This document shows positions 1 to 12,447 of a DNA stretch of 64,000 bases, piece by piece. The notes under the pieces were generated by a model, which saw only the letters and a list, made by a program, of their open reading frames with translations, had not been told where the DNA came from and did not search any database. Numbering within the stretch: position 1 is the first letter of the stretch; each line of letters opens with the position of its first letter. Both the position numbers and the translations under genes were made by a program. Origin of the DNA: Pseudomonadota bacterium (GTDB taxonomy: Bacteria > Pseudomonadota > Gammaproteobacteria > Acidiferrobacterales > Acidiferrobacteraceae); NCBI GenBank assembly GCA_021795715.1, contig JAJYPD010000007.1, positions 8,956 to 72,955 of the forward strand. Direction: 5' to 3'.

Positions 1-918
1 CTTGTCGCCATCGCCATGTGGTTTGCGAGCGGTTTTTATGTCGTGCCGGAAGGCAGCCGCGCGGTTTTGCTGACGCTGGGTCGCGAAGTGCGCGAAGTGG
101 GTCCCGGCGGGCACTGGCATTGGCCGCGGCCGCTGGGCAACGCCCGTGTCGTCAGCGTCACGCGCATCCATGTCGTGACCATAGGCTACGGACCCGATCA
201 GAATCTCGTTTCCAGCAATGCCGCCGCGCCCCCCGAAGGAACCGTGCTGACCGCGGATCAGGGGCTCATTCATGTGCAGTTCGCCGTCCAGTACCGCGTG
301 CGCAATGCGGGCGAATATCTTTTTGCCGTCGACCATCCGCGGCAGACGATCGCCGAGGCGGGGATGGCAGCCATGCGCGAAGAGGTGGCGCGATCGGCGC
401 TGAGCGCCGTCGAGACACACGGGCAACGCGCGGTGGCGCGGGCCGCCCAGGACATTCTGCAACAGACCCTGGACCTGTATCACGCCGGCGTCCAGGTGAT
501 CGGAATCCGGATTCAGAAAGTGGTGCCACCGCAGGTGGTGAGATCGGCCTTCGAGCGGGTTCTGAAAGCCCGCCAGGATCGGGACCGCCTGATCAGCGAG
601 GCGCAATCGTATGCCAATGGCATTCTGCCCAAGGCGCAAGGCGAGGCCATCAGCGAGATCGACGAGGCGCAAGGGTACGCAGACAAGGTCATTGCCCGGG
701 CGCGCGGCCGCACGCAACGCTTCACGGCCCTGGCAGACGCCTATGCCAGGGCGCCGCTTATCACACGTCAGCGCCTCTTCATTGACGGCACGGGGCGCGT
801 GCTGCGCCATGCCCGCAAGGTGCTCGTGACGACCAAGGCGCCGGTGGTCGTGCATGTGCGGACCACAGGGCAGAGCACGCCGCCGGCACCCGGCGTTTCT
901 GCAGAGGCCAAACCATGA
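1..918 (+). CDS. hflK: HflK, SPFH/band-7 modulator of FtsH (5' end cut by window edge)
   Basis: Frame 1 is open from base 1 (LVAIA precedes the first Met). TM-proximal segment GFYVVPEGSRAVLLTLG, then SPFH core and HflK-like QSYANGILPKAQGEA. Stop overlaps the hflC start (ATGA at 915-918). Confidence 0.85.
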   Translation, partial: LVAIAMWFASGFYVVPEGSRAVLLTLGREVREVGPGGHWHWPRPLGNARVVSVTRIHVVTIGYGPDQNLVSSNAAAPPEGTVLTADQGLIHVQFAVQYRVRNAGEYLFAVDHPRQTIAEAGMAAMREEVARSALSAVETHGQRAVARAAQDILQQTLDLYHAGVQVIGIRIQKVVPPQVVRSAFERVLKARQDRDRLISEAQSYANGILPKAQGEAISEIDEAQGYADKVIARARGRTQRFTALADAYARAPLITRQRLFIDGTGRVLRHARKVLVTTKAPVVVHVRTTGQSTPPAPGVSAEAKP

Positions 919-1775
919 CCCGGCGCGTGCACCATGCGGTGGTGGCGCTGGCGGCCGTCATCCTCCTCGTTGCCCTGAATGCCACGCTCTACACGGTGCG
1001 GGAGGGCCAGGTGGCCGTGGTGACGCGCTTTGGACGGGTAATCCAAGGTGGCGTCAGCCCGGGCCTGCACGGCAAAATCCCGTTTGCAGACAGTGTCCAT
1101 ATTTTCGATGGGCGGCTGCGGACACTGCTGGTGACGGGCAAGGCGGTGCTGACCCGGGGCAAGCGGCGCGTGAAGGTCGATACTTACGTGAAATGGCGCA
1201 TCGCCGACGCGCGGCGATATCTGGCGGCCGTGGGTGGCGAACGCCGTGTGGCTGAAGAGCGGCTGCAGGAAGTCGTGGCGAGCGCACTGCGCAATGCCTT
1301 CGGCGGCAAAAGCCTGCAGGCGGCTGCGGCGGGCCAGGGCCACCGGCTCGTGGCAACGGTCGACCGGGATGTCGCCGACTACGGCATTCGTGTGGTGGAC
1401 GTGCGGCTGGTGCGTATTGGCCTCAGCGGCGGCATGATCAGCACCCTGGACAAAAAGATGGAAGGGGCACAAATCGCGCAAGCCCAGAAGATCACTGCGC
1501 AGGCGATGGAAGACGCAGAAGCCATACGCGCGCAGGCCGACCAGAAGCGGGCCGCGGTTTTGGCGGATGCTTATGTGAAGGCCGAAAAGATCCGGGGTGC
1601 CGCCGATGCCGAAGCCACCACGCTCTATGCGGCGGCGTACGGACGTCATCCGCACTTCTTCGTGTTCTATCGCAGCCTGCGGGCCTACGAGAAGGGCTTC
1701 GCCAACGCTCATACGGTTCTCATTCTGGGCCCGGACAGCGATCTTCTGCGCTATCTGCCGATCGCCGGACGCTGA
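915..1775 (+). CDS. hflC: HflC, SPFH/band-7 modulator of FtsH
   Basis: N-terminal TM then LYTVREGQVAVVTRFGRV and a band-7 core. Sits directly after hflK, the conserved pairing. Confidence 0.85.
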   Translation: MTRRVHHAVVALAAVILLVALNATLYTVREGQVAVVTRFGRVIQGGVSPGLHGKIPFADSVHIFDGRLRTLLVTGKAVLTRGKRRVKVDTYVKWRIADARRYLAAVGGERRVAEERLQEVVASALRNAFGGKSLQAAAAGQGHRLVATVDRDVADYGIRVVDVRLVRIGLSGGMISTLDKKMEGAQIAQAQKITAQAMEDAEAIRAQADQKRAAVLADAYVKAEKIRGAADAEATTLYAAAYGRHPHFFVFYRSLRAYEKGFANAHTVLILGPDSDLLRYLPIAGR

Positions 1776-1813
1776 CTACCCATGCATGCTGCCCATCGGG
1801 AGGAAAAAAACGC

Positions 1814-4307
<2,494 letters not shown>

Positions 4308-4321
4308 GAGGGAACGTCGGG

Positions 4322-4408
4322 TGGTACCGAGGAGAGGACTTGAACCTCCACGGGGTCACCCCCACTAACACCTGAAGCTAGCGCGTCTACCAATTCCGCC
4401 ACCCCGGC
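4322..4408 (-). tRNA. tRNA-Leu (anticodon CAG)
   Basis: Reverse complement reads GCCGGGGTGGCGGAATTGGTAGACGCGCTAGCTTCAGGTGTTAGTGGGGGTGACCCCGTGGAGGTTCAAGTCCTCTCCTCGGTACCA. It has a D-arm, anticodon stem CTAGC/GTTAG with loop TTCAGGT, a long variable arm, a GGTTCAAGTCC T-loop and an encoded CCA. Confidence 0.9.
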
Positions 4409-4444
4409 CCGGCGTTCCAAGGCCGCGCACTTTACCGAGAATAC

Positions 4445-6682
4445 ATGACGATGTCAACGCACAATGAATCAGGTGAATTTGTCGATCCGATGGCTGCACG
4501 CGAAGCCCAGACCTACGAGTTCCCCGTACCGAGCCGCGAAGCGGTCCTTGCTTATTTGGGTGCACAGGCCGAGCCCGTGCCCCTCCGCCAGCTTCTCGAG
4601 GCATTGCGGGTATCCGGGGAACGGGACATCGAGTCCTTCGGTCGCCGGTTGCGCGCCATGGAGCGGGACGGCCAGATCCTGAAGAACCGTCGCGGACGCT
4701 ATGGTCTCGTGCAGCGCATGGATCTGATTCCCGGCCGCATCATCGGGCATCCGGACGGTTTTGGTTTTTTGTCGCGCGACGAGGAAAACGAGGATCTGTT
4801 CATCCCGCCAAGCGAGATGCGCAAGGTCATGCACGGGGATCGCGTGATGGCACGCATCGCGGAAATCGATGCCCGGGGGCGTGCTGAGTGCGTCATCGTC
4901 GAAGTGCTCGAGCGCGGCCAGCAGTATGTCGTCGGACGCTACAGCGAGGAGCGTGGTCTGCGGTTCATAACGCCCGACGAGCGCCGGATCGCACGGGACA
5001 TCATGGTCGCCGAGGGCCATGAGGGAGGCGCGCGGCCGGGGCAGATCGTGGTCTGCGAGATCCTGGAGCAGCCAACCTTTCGCACGCCGCCGATCGGCCG
5101 CGTCACCGAGGTGCTCGGGGACCGGGCCGCCCCGGGCATGGAGATCGAGATCGCCGTGCGCAAGTTCGGGTTGCCGCATGTGTTTCCGGAGCCTGTGAGT
5201 GCGGAGATCAGCGGCCTGCGGACGAGCGTCATGGCTGAGGACTGGGCCGGCCGCGAAGATTTGCGCGCCGTGAGTCTCGTCACCATCGACGGCGAGGACG
5301 CCCGCGATTTCGATGACGCCGTGTTCTGTGCGTGCGAAGCACGGGGCTGGCGGCTGCTGGTCGCCATTGCGGACGTGGCCCACTACGTGAAGTCCGCCAC
5401 TGCGCTCGACGCGGAAGCGCTCGAACGCGGTAATTCCGTGTATTTTCCGAAATCCGTCATCCCCATGCTGCCCGAAGTGCTGTCGAACGGGTTGTGTTCG
5501 CTGAATCCCGAGGTCGACCGGCTGTGCATGGCCTGCGAAATGCACATCGGGGACGATGGGGAGATCCATGATTACCGCTTCTTCGAAGCCGTCATGCGGT
5601 CCCAGGCCCGGTTGACCTATACGGAAGTCGCGGCGATTCTTGCCGGGGACGAGGCGCTGGCGCGACAGCGTGCCGCCGTGCTGCCGGTGCTCGCCGAACT
5701 TCATGCCCTCTACAAGACGCTCCATGCGACCCGGGTCAGGCGGGGCTCCGTGGACTTCGAATTGCCGGAGACACGCATCGTGTTCGATGCCAATCGCAAG
5801 ATCGAACGCATCGAGCCCGTCATCCGCAATGATGCGCACCGGCTGATCGAAGAATGCATGCTGGCTGCCAACGTCTGCGCGGCCCGGTTCCTGGTGGAGC
5901 AAGGCATGCCCGCGCTGTTTCGTGTCCACGCAGGCCCGACCGCCCAGAAGCTAAACGATTTGCGCACCGTGCTCTTTGAGCTCGGATTGACTTTAGGGGG
6001 CGGAGAAAAACCGACAGCGCGCGACTATGCCCGGCTTCTCGCGGAACTGCCGGAGGGGCCTGAAGGGCGGCTGATCCAGACCATGTTGCTGCGCAGCCTG
6101 AGTCAGGCGGTCTATAGCCACGAGAACATCGGGCATTTTGCGCTCGGCTATGAACATTATGCGCATTTCACATCGCCGATCCGCCGCTATCCCGACCTGA
6201 TCGTGCACCGGGCCCTGAAAGCGCTCCTGCGCGGCAGCCCGAAACCGGATGCGGCCGCCATGCGCGCCTTGGGCGAGCATTGCTCGTTTGCCGAGCGGCG
6301 CGCCGATGAGGCCACGCGCGATGTGGTCCGCTGGCTCAAGGCCGAGTTCATGCAGGAGCGCATCGGTGAGGAGTTCGAAGGTGTCGTGAGCGGTGTCACC
6401 GCTTTTGGCCTGTTCGTCGAGCTCGCCCAGATCTATGTGGACGGCCTTGTGCACATCTCTGTTCTTGGTAACGATTACTTCCATTTCGATCCGAGCCGCC
6501 ACCTGATCGCCGGCGAGCGCACGGGACAGCAGTATCGTCTGGGGGATTGCGTGCGCGTACGCCTGCTGCGCGTCGATCTCGACGAAGTCAAACTCGATTT
6601 CGAGCTTGTCGAGAGCCAGGCGGCACCGCCTGCCACCACCCGGTCCACGCGCAACCGGCGGCGGCGCACCCGCCGTGCCTAA
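4445..6682 (+). CDS. rnr: Ribonuclease R (VacB)
   Basis: 745 aa. Cold-shock-like N-domains, RNB catalytic core (DGEDARDFDDAV, HFALGYEHYAHFTSPIRRYPDL), S1 domain and a basic C-terminal tail. Confidence 0.9.
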   Translation: MTMSTHNESGEFVDPMAAREAQTYEFPVPSREAVLAYLGAQAEPVPLRQLLEALRVSGERDIESFGRRLRAMERDGQILKNRRGRYGLVQRMDLIPGRIIGHPDGFGFLSRDEENEDLFIPPSEMRKVMHGDRVMARIAEIDARGRAECVIVEVLERGQQYVVGRYSEERGLRFITPDERRIARDIMVAEGHEGGARPGQIVVCEILEQPTFRTPPIGRVTEVLGDRAAPGMEIEIAVRKFGLPHVFPEPVSAEISGLRTSVMAEDWAGREDLRAVSLVTIDGEDARDFDDAVFCACEARGWRLLVAIADVAHYVKSATALDAEALERGNSVYFPKSVIPMLPEVLSNGLCSLNPEVDRLCMACEMHIGDDGEIHDYRFFEAVMRSQARLTYTEVAAILAGDEALARQRAAVLPVLAELHALYKTLHATRVRRGSVDFELPETRIVFDANRKIERIEPVIRNDAHRLIEECMLAANVCAARFLVEQGMPALFRVHAGPTAQKLNDLRTVLFELGLTLGGGEKPTARDYARLLAELPEGPEGRLIQTMLLRSLSQAVYSHENIGHFALGYEHYAHFTSPIRRYPDLIVHRALKALLRGSPKPDAAAMRALGEHCSFAERRADEATRDVVRWLKAEFMQERIGEEFEGVVSGVTAFGLFVELAQIYVDGLVHISVLGNDYFHFDPSRHLIAGERTGQQYRLGDCVRVRLLRVDLDEVKLDFELVESQAAPPATTRSTRNRRRRTRRA

Positions 6683-7451
6683 GCAGGATGCCTGCGATCT
6701 CGTAGCCGGTGTGCACGCGGTGCTGGCCGCTTTGCAGGAGGCGCCGGCGACCATCGACGGGGTTTGGATCGATCGCGACCGCCGGGATGACCGGATATCC
6801 GCCATCGTGGGTGCCGCCCGCGCCGGCGCCGTGGCTGTCCACCGGGTGCCCAAGACCGCCCTGGACCGCCTTGCCGCAGGCGTTGTGCACCAGGGCGTGA
6901 TCGCACGCCGCCGGGCACAGGCGCGGCCATCGGAAACGGATTTGCTGGCGCTCGTGGCCGCGGTGCCGCGCCCCCTTTTGCTGATCCTCGATGGTGTGCA
7001 CGACCCCCACAATCTGGGCGCCTGTCTGCGCACGGCGGAGGCCGCTGGCGCCCAGGCGGTGGTGATGCCCCGCCACGCGCGCGCACCCTTGTCGGCGGTG
7101 GCGGCGCGTGCCGCCTGTGGCGCAGCGGAGCGCCTGCCGGTCTTCGAGGTGGCCAACCTCGCGCGCACGCTCGACCTTCTGAAGGAGGCGGGCGTCTGGC
7201 TGATGGGGGCGAGTGCCGATGCCCCGGTGAGCCTCCATGAGGCCGATATCCCGCAGGCGGTCGCATTCGTGCTCGGCGGGGAGGGCGCCGGACTGCGGCG
7301 GCTGACGCGCATCTCCTGCGACTTCTTGGTGCGCATTCCCATGCACGGACAGGCCGAAAGTCTGAACGTGTCGGTGGCAGCCGCCCTGTGCCTGTACGAG
7401 GCGGTCCGCAGCCGCAGTGCCGAAATTGCGTTGGCGGCGCGGAAGCCCTAG
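6675..7451 (+). CDS. rlmB: 23S rRNA (guanosine-2'-O)-methyltransferase RlmB (SpoU/TrmH family)
   Basis: SpoU motifs NLGACLRTAEAAGA, GGEGAGLRRL and ESLNVSVAAALCLYE. The track ORF starts at a TTG at 6606, inside rnr. The in-frame GTG at 6675 gives an N-terminus aligned with the RlmB consensus (GVHAVLAAL); exact start uncertain. Confidence 0.8.
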   Translation: MPKQDACDLVAGVHAVLAALQEAPATIDGVWIDRDRRDDRISAIVGAARAGAVAVHRVPKTALDRLAAGVVHQGVIARRRAQARPSETDLLALVAAVPRPLLLILDGVHDPHNLGACLRTAEAAGAQAVVMPRHARAPLSAVAARAACGAAERLPVFEVANLARTLDLLKEAGVWLMGASADAPVSLHEADIPQAVAFVLGGEGAGLRRLTRISCDFLVRIPMHGQAESLNVSVAAALCLYEAVRSRSAEIALAARKP

Positions 7452-7513
7452 AATAGGCCCGCTTCCTTGCCTTCGGCAGCGGGTCGAAGGCTTTACAGCC
7501 ATAAGGGGCTATG

Positions 7514-7909
7514 ATGCGTCATTACGAGATCGTTTTTTTGGTCCACCCGGACCAGAGTGAACAGGTTCCCGCCATGATCGATCGTTACCGGTCGATCATC
7601 GAGGGCGGCAAGGGCCTCATCCATCGCCTCGAGGACTGGGGCCGCCGGCAGCTCGCCTATCCCATCAACAAGGTTCACAAGGCGCATTACGTGCTGATGA
7701 ACGTCGAGTGCGATCCGGCCGTCTTGCAGGAACTCGAAACCGCCTTCCGCTTCAGCGATGCCGTGATCCGCACGCTGACGCTCGTGCGCAAGGAGGCGGT
7801 GACCGCCCCCTCGCCGTTGGCGAAAGAAAACCAGGACAACGCCAAGGCGCCCCGTCCGCGCGCTGATGAGGAAGGGATCGAGCGGGAAGCCGCCGATGCC
7901 GCACCATAA
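7514..7909 (+). CDS. rpsF: 30S ribosomal protein S6
   Basis: [25 protein letters not shown] is near-identical to the canonical S6 N-terminus; acidic C-terminal tail. Confidence 0.95.
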   Translation: MRHYEIVFLVHPDQSEQVPAMIDRYRSIIEGGKGLIHRLEDWGRRQLAYPINKVHKAHYVLMNVECDPAVLQELETAFRFSDAVIRTLTLVRKEAVTAPSPLAKENQDNAKAPRPRADEEGIEREAADAAP

Positions 7910-7923
7910 CCATGGGGGACTCC

Positions 7924-8151
7924 ATGTCTCGTTTTTTCCGTCGTAAGAAATTCTGCCGTTTCACCGCCGAAGGCGTTGTCGAGATCGACTATAAGGATCT
8001 TGCCACCTTGAAGGCGTACATCACCGAAACGGGCAAGATCATTCCGAGCCGCAATACCGGGACACATGCCCGTTACCAGCGGCAGCTCGCGCGCGCGGTG
8101 AAGCTTGCCCGCCATCTGGCGCTTCTGCCCTACAGCGACGCTCACGATTAA
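7924..8151 (+). CDS. rpsR: 30S ribosomal protein S18
   Basis: [43 protein letters not shown] matches S18. Start taken at the second Met of the track ORF. Confidence 0.95.
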   Translation: MSRFFRRKKFCRFTAEGVVEIDYKDLATLKAYITETGKIIPSRNTGTHARYQRQLARAVKLARHLALLPYSDAHD

Positions 8152-8163
8152 TAAGGCGACGTT

Positions 8164-8613
8164 ATGCAAATCATTCTTCTGGAAAAGGTCCGCAATCTGG
8201 GCGATCTGGGCGACGAGGTGTCGGTGAAGCCCGGCTTCGGGCGCAATTTTCTCATCCCGCGCGGCAAGGCCGTGCGGGCCACGCCGGAAAACAAGGCCAA
8301 GTTCGAGGCGCAACGCGCCGAGCTGGAGCGCCAGCAGCAAGAAGCCCTGAATCAGGCCAGGGCGCGCGCCGAGCAGGTTGCCGGAGCGACCGTGCAGATC
8401 GTGCGCAAGGCCGGTGACGAGGGCAAGCTCTTTGGTTCGGTCGGTACCGCCGATATCGCCAGTGCAGTGGCGGCGGCCGGCTTCCAGGTGGCCAAGTCGG
8501 AAATTCAGCTGCCCAACGGGCCGCTCAAGGAAATTGGGGATCACGAATTGCACGTGAGCCTGCATCCTGAGGTGTCCGTCAACATCATCGTCTCGGTGGT
8601 CGGCGAGAGTTGA
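8164..8613 (+). CDS. rplI: 50S ribosomal protein L9
   Basis: [36 protein letters not shown] is the canonical L9 N-domain. Confidence 0.95.
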   Translation: MQIILLEKVRNLGDLGDEVSVKPGFGRNFLIPRGKAVRATPENKAKFEAQRAELERQQQEALNQARARAEQVAGATVQIVRKAGDEGKLFGSVGTADIASAVAAAGFQVAKSEIQLPNGPLKEIGDHELHVSLHPEVSVNIIVSVVGES

Positions 8614-8635
8614 GGGAGGGGGCCCGCGGGCCTTC

Positions 8636-10027
8636 ATGATGGAAAAAGGCGCAGGCCTGTCAGCGGCACGGGATACGGCGGAGGCGCGGTTGCGGCTTGC
8701 GCCGCAATCGCGTGAGGCCGAGCAGGCCGTGCTGGGGGGGCTGTTGCTCGATGCGCGGGCCTGGGACCGCATCGCAGACCGTCTCACGGTCGAGGATTTT
8801 TACCGCCGCGAGCATCAGCTGCTGTTCCGGGCGGTCGCGCACCTGAATGCCAACGCGCGTCCGGTGGATGTGGTCACGGTGGCCGAGCAGCTCGGTGACG
8901 AGGACCTCGCGTTTATCGGCGGTCTCGACTACCTGGCCGCCCTGGCGGAAAACACGCCCAGTGCGGCCAATATCAGCGCCTACGCCGATATCGTCCGCGA
9001 GCGGGCCTTGATCCGCCGGTTGATCGACACCGTAAACGAAATCGGCGACAAGGCGTATCGGCCCGATGGCCGTTCGGCCGCCGAACTGCTCGATTATGCC
9101 GAACGCGCGGTGTTTGCCATCACCGAGGTGGGCAACCGCAGTGGCGGCTTCCGGCCCCTGAAGTCGCTCCTTACGGCGGCCGTCGATCGCATCGACGCGC
9201 TGTTCCGGTCCAATTCCACGATCACCGGCGTACCCACGGGATTTGACGACCTAGATAGCATGACGTCAGGGCTGCAACCCGGTGATCTCGTGGTGATCGC
9301 CGGGCGGCCCTCCATGGGCAAGACTGCTTTCGCCCTGAATATGGCCGAGCACGCGGCGGTCGGGGCCAAGGCGCCGGTGGCCATTTTCAGTCTCGAAATG
9401 CCGGGCGAGCAGCTCGCCATGCGTCTTATGTCGTCGCTTGGGCGCATCAACGCGCAGCGTCTGCGCACCGGCAAACTGCACGACGAGGACTGGCCGCGCC
9501 TGACATCGGCGGTCGGTATGCTGGCGGAGGCGCCCGTGTTCATTGATGACACGCCGGCGCTGACGCCGCTGGAACTGCGCGCGCGCAGCCGCCGGCTCAT
9601 GCGCGAGCATGGCCTGGGCCTCGTGATCGTCGATTATCTGCAGCTCATGCAATCAAGTGAGAGCACGGAAAACCGCGCCACCGAGATTTCCGCCATCACC
9701 CGCGCCCTGAAAAGCCTGGCAAAGGAGCTGCATGTGCCGGTGATTGCCCTGTCGCAGCTCAATCGCGCCCTCGAGCAGCGGCCCAACAAGCGGCCGGTGA
9801 TGTCGGATCTCCGTGAGTCCGGTGCCATTGAACAGGATGCCGACGTGATCCTGTTCATTTACCGCGATGAAGTCTACAACCCCGAAAGCGAAGACAAGGG
9901 CACGGCGGAAATCATCATCGGCAAGCAGCGTAACGGCCCCATCGGACAGGTGCGGCTCACCTATCTTGGCGAATACACGCGTTTTGAGAATTTCGCCCCC
10001 GCAGCCTATGCGGGACCCTATGCATGA
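8636..10027 (+). CDS. dnaB: Replicative DNA helicase DnaB
   Basis: PQSREAEQAVLGGLLLD N-domain, Walker A GRPSMGKTAFALN, SLEM, and QLSRxxEQR-like ALSQLNRALEQR. Confidence 0.95.
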   Translation: MMEKGAGLSAARDTAEARLRLAPQSREAEQAVLGGLLLDARAWDRIADRLTVEDFYRREHQLLFRAVAHLNANARPVDVVTVAEQLGDEDLAFIGGLDYLAALAENTPSAANISAYADIVRERALIRRLIDTVNEIGDKAYRPDGRSAAELLDYAERAVFAITEVGNRSGGFRPLKSLLTAAVDRIDALFRSNSTITGVPTGFDDLDSMTSGLQPGDLVVIAGRPSMGKTAFALNMAEHAAVGAKAPVAIFSLEMPGEQLAMRLMSSLGRINAQRLRTGKLHDEDWPRLTSAVGMLAEAPVFIDDTPALTPLELRARSRRLMREHGLGLVIVDYLQLMQSSESTENRATEISAITRALKSLAKELHVPVIALSQLNRALEQRPNKRPVMSDLRESGAIEQDADVILFIYRDEVYNPESEDKGTAEIIIGKQRNGPIGQVRLTYLGEYTRFENFAPAAYAGPYA

Positions 10028-11094
10028 GGCCGGCCTGCGCAATTCTCGATGCGGCGGCGTTGCGCGCCAATCTCGCGGTCGTGAAGCGGCGCGCCCCCCA
10101 TGCCCGGGTCATGGCGGTGGCCAAGGCAAATGGCTACGGGCATGGACTCGTCTTTGTCGCCCGGGCGCTCCGGGGCGTTGATGCCTTCGGGGTTGCGAGC
10201 CTTGAAGAGGGGCTGGAACTGCGGGAGGCAGGGATCTGCGAAGGCATCTGCCTGCTCGAAGGGTTTTTTGATCCCGGTGAGATCGGCGCATTGATCCGGT
10301 TTGGTCTTACACCGGTCCTGCATGAGGATTATCAGATCGAGGCGCTGGAAGCCTGCCATCTGGAGGGGCCGCTTGATGTCTGGATCAAGATCGACACCGG
10401 CATGCATCGTCTCGGATTTCCTCCCGGCCGGCTGCCCGAGATCGTGGCCCGCCTTCGTCGCATCCGGCTCATCCGGCAGGCCGGGGTGATGTCCCACCTG
10501 GCGGCTGCCGATGATCAGACTTCACCGGCGACAAAACGACAGATAACCGTCATGACGGACGCGTGCGGCGGGCTTGTCAAGAAAAGTCTGGCCAACTCGG
10601 CGGGCATTTTGTGCTGGCCGGAAAGTCATGGTGACTGGGTACGGCCGGGGTTGATGCTCTATGGGGCGTCCCCGCTGCCCGGCCAGACGGGGAGTGAGCT
10701 CGGGCTTTCCCCGGTGATGACTCTGAAAAGCCGCCTGATCAGCGTGCGGACACGCGATGCGGGAGACACCCTCGGTTATGGCGGAACCTACTGCTGTCCC
10801 GAGGAGATGCCGGTGGGCGTGGCTGCGATCGGTTATGGCGACGGCTACCCTCGGGAACTGGCGCCCGGCACGCCCGTGCGGATCCACGATCGCCTGGCAC
10901 CCATCATCGGCCGGGTGTCGATGGATATGTTGAGCATCGATCTGCGTGGTATCCCGGGGGTGCGGGTTGGGGACGAAGTCGTTTTGTGGGGGAAGGGATT
11001 GCCGGTCGAACGCATCGCCGAAGCGGCCGGCACCATCCCCTACACGCTGCTTTGCGGCTTGACGCAGCGCCTGCCAAGACGCGAGGCGCCGTGA
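10024..11094 (+). CDS. alr: Alanine racemase
   Basis: PLP-lysine motif VAKANGYGHG and C-terminal beta-domain. ATGA overlap with the dnaB stop. Confidence 0.9.
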   Translation: MRPACAILDAAALRANLAVVKRRAPHARVMAVAKANGYGHGLVFVARALRGVDAFGVASLEEGLELREAGICEGICLLEGFFDPGEIGALIRFGLTPVLHEDYQIEALEACHLEGPLDVWIKIDTGMHRLGFPPGRLPEIVARLRRIRLIRQAGVMSHLAAADDQTSPATKRQITVMTDACGGLVKKSLANSAGILCWPESHGDWVRPGLMLYGASPLPGQTGSELGLSPVMTLKSRLISVRTRDAGDTLGYGGTYCCPEEMPVGVAAIGYGDGYPRELAPGTPVRIHDRLAPIIGRVSMDMLSIDLRGIPGVRVGDEVVLWGKGLPVERIAEAAGTIPYTLLCGLTQRLPRREAP

Positions 11095-12437
11095 AAGGGC
11101 CGCGGATCCGCTACGTCTGCCAGGAATGCGGGGCGCAGGCATCCCAGTGGGCGGGACGCTGTGACGCCTGTGGCGCATGGAACACGCTGTCGGAGGTCGC
11201 CGCCGGTGATCACGCGCCGGCGGTCGCGAAACAGGCGATCGCGCTTGCGGATGTCGCGTGTGAGACGCTCGTTCGTTTCGCGACCGGCCTGTCGGAGCTC
11301 GACCGCGTCTTGGGGGGCGGCGTGGTGCCCGGATCGGTAATCCTGATTGGCGGTGATCCCGGTATCGGTAAATCGACCATCCTGATCCAGGCGCTCGCGA
11401 ATATGCATGCGCAGGTGCGTGGCCTCTATGTAACCGGCGAGGAATCCGCCGCGCAGGTTGCGGCGCGGGCGCAGCGGCTGGGGCTCGATGCCCCGCGCCT
11501 CAAACTGCTGGCGGAAACGAATGTGGATGCCATTATCGCCTGCAGCCGTGTGGAGCAGCCCCGTATCCTCGTGATCGACTCCATCCAGACCGTATTCCTG
11601 CCGACGCTGCCGTCGGCGCCAGGCAGCGTCAGTCAGGTGCGCGAATCGGCGGCCCGGCTCGTGCGTTTTGCCAAGGATACCAATACCGCCCTCTTTTTGG
11701 TCGGCCACGTCACCAAGGAAGGGCAGCTTGCCGGACCGCGCGTGCTCGAGCACATGGTTGATGCGGTTTTGTATTTCGAAGGCGATAGCGGCAGTCGATT
11801 CCGTCTGATCCGTGCGATCAAGAATCGCTTTGGTGCGGTCAACGAACTGGGCGTGTTCGTTATGACCGAAAGCGGTCTGCGGGAGGTCGCCAATCCTTCG
11901 GCGCTCTTTTTGCGGTCGGGCGCTGACACCGTGTCTGGCAGCGTGGTACTTGCCACCCAGGAAGGCACACGGCCACTGCTTGTGGAAGTGCAGGCCTTGA
12001 TCGACGAGAGTGTGGGCGCCAATCCGCGCCGCGTCGCTTTGGGACTCGACGGTCAGCGCCTGGGTATGCTGCTTGCCCTGCTGCACCGGCACGGCGGCCA
12101 TGCCACCTATCGGCAGGACGTGTTCGTGAACGTGGCCGGCGGCATTCGTGTCAGCGAAACCGCCGCCGATCTTGCGGTTGTTCTCGCCTGCGCCTCAAGC
12201 CTTCTGGACAAGCCCTTGGGCAAGGATCTGGTGGTGTTTGGCGAAATTGGACTGGCCGGCGAGATGCGGCCGGTCCCGCGCGGCCAGGAGCGGCTGCGCG
12301 AGGCCGCCAAGCTTGGTTTTCAGCGCGCGATCGTGCCCCGCGCCAATCTGCCCAAGCGGGGGACCGACGTGGGTCTGAGCGTCACCGGCATCAACGGCGT
12401 CAGCGAGGCGTTGCGCCTGATTCGCGAAGAACACTGA
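11091..12437 (+). CDS. radA: DNA repair protein RadA/Sms
   Basis: Zn-finger CQECGAQASQWAGRCDACGAWNT, Walker A GGDPGIGKST, KNRFG motif and Lon-like C-domain. Likely GTG start at 11091 overlapping the alr stop (GTGA); the track ORF from 10986 is an upstream extension inside alr. Confidence 0.9.
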   Translation: MKGPRIRYVCQECGAQASQWAGRCDACGAWNTLSEVAAGDHAPAVAKQAIALADVACETLVRFATGLSELDRVLGGGVVPGSVILIGGDPGIGKSTILIQALANMHAQVRGLYVTGEESAAQVAARAQRLGLDAPRLKLLAETNVDAIIACSRVEQPRILVIDSIQTVFLPTLPSAPGSVSQVRESAARLVRFAKDTNTALFLVGHVTKEGQLAGPRVLEHMVDAVLYFEGDSGSRFRLIRAIKNRFGAVNELGVFVMTESGLREVANPSALFLRSGADTVSGSVVLATQEGTRPLLVEVQALIDESVGANPRRVALGLDGQRLGMLLALLHRHGGHATYRQDVFVNVAGGIRVSETAADLAVVLACASSLLDKPLGKDLVVFGEIGLAGEMRPVPRGQERLREAAKLGFQRAIVPRANLPKRGTDVGLSVTGINGVSEALRLIREEH

Positions 12438-12447
12438 CCGGCTGCCT

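Noticed and set aside
4308-4444. tRNA-Leu as a possible integration hotspot for a genomic island
   Set aside because: The flanking genes purA and rnr are intact housekeeping genes at normal spacing. There is no integrase, direct repeat of the tRNA 3' end, or compositional shift.
4469-7342. Minus-strand ORFs of 486 and 449 aa (4469-5929, 5993-7342) and several overlapping ones
   Set aside because: They are antisense to rnr and rlmB, which are confidently identified. The translations are Arg/Ala/Pro-rich without domain signatures.
7514-8613. Absence of priB between rpsF and rpsR
   Set aside because: rpsF-rpsR-rplI without priB is normal in many gammaproteobacterial lineages such as pseudomonads and xanthomonads, so it is not an anomaly.
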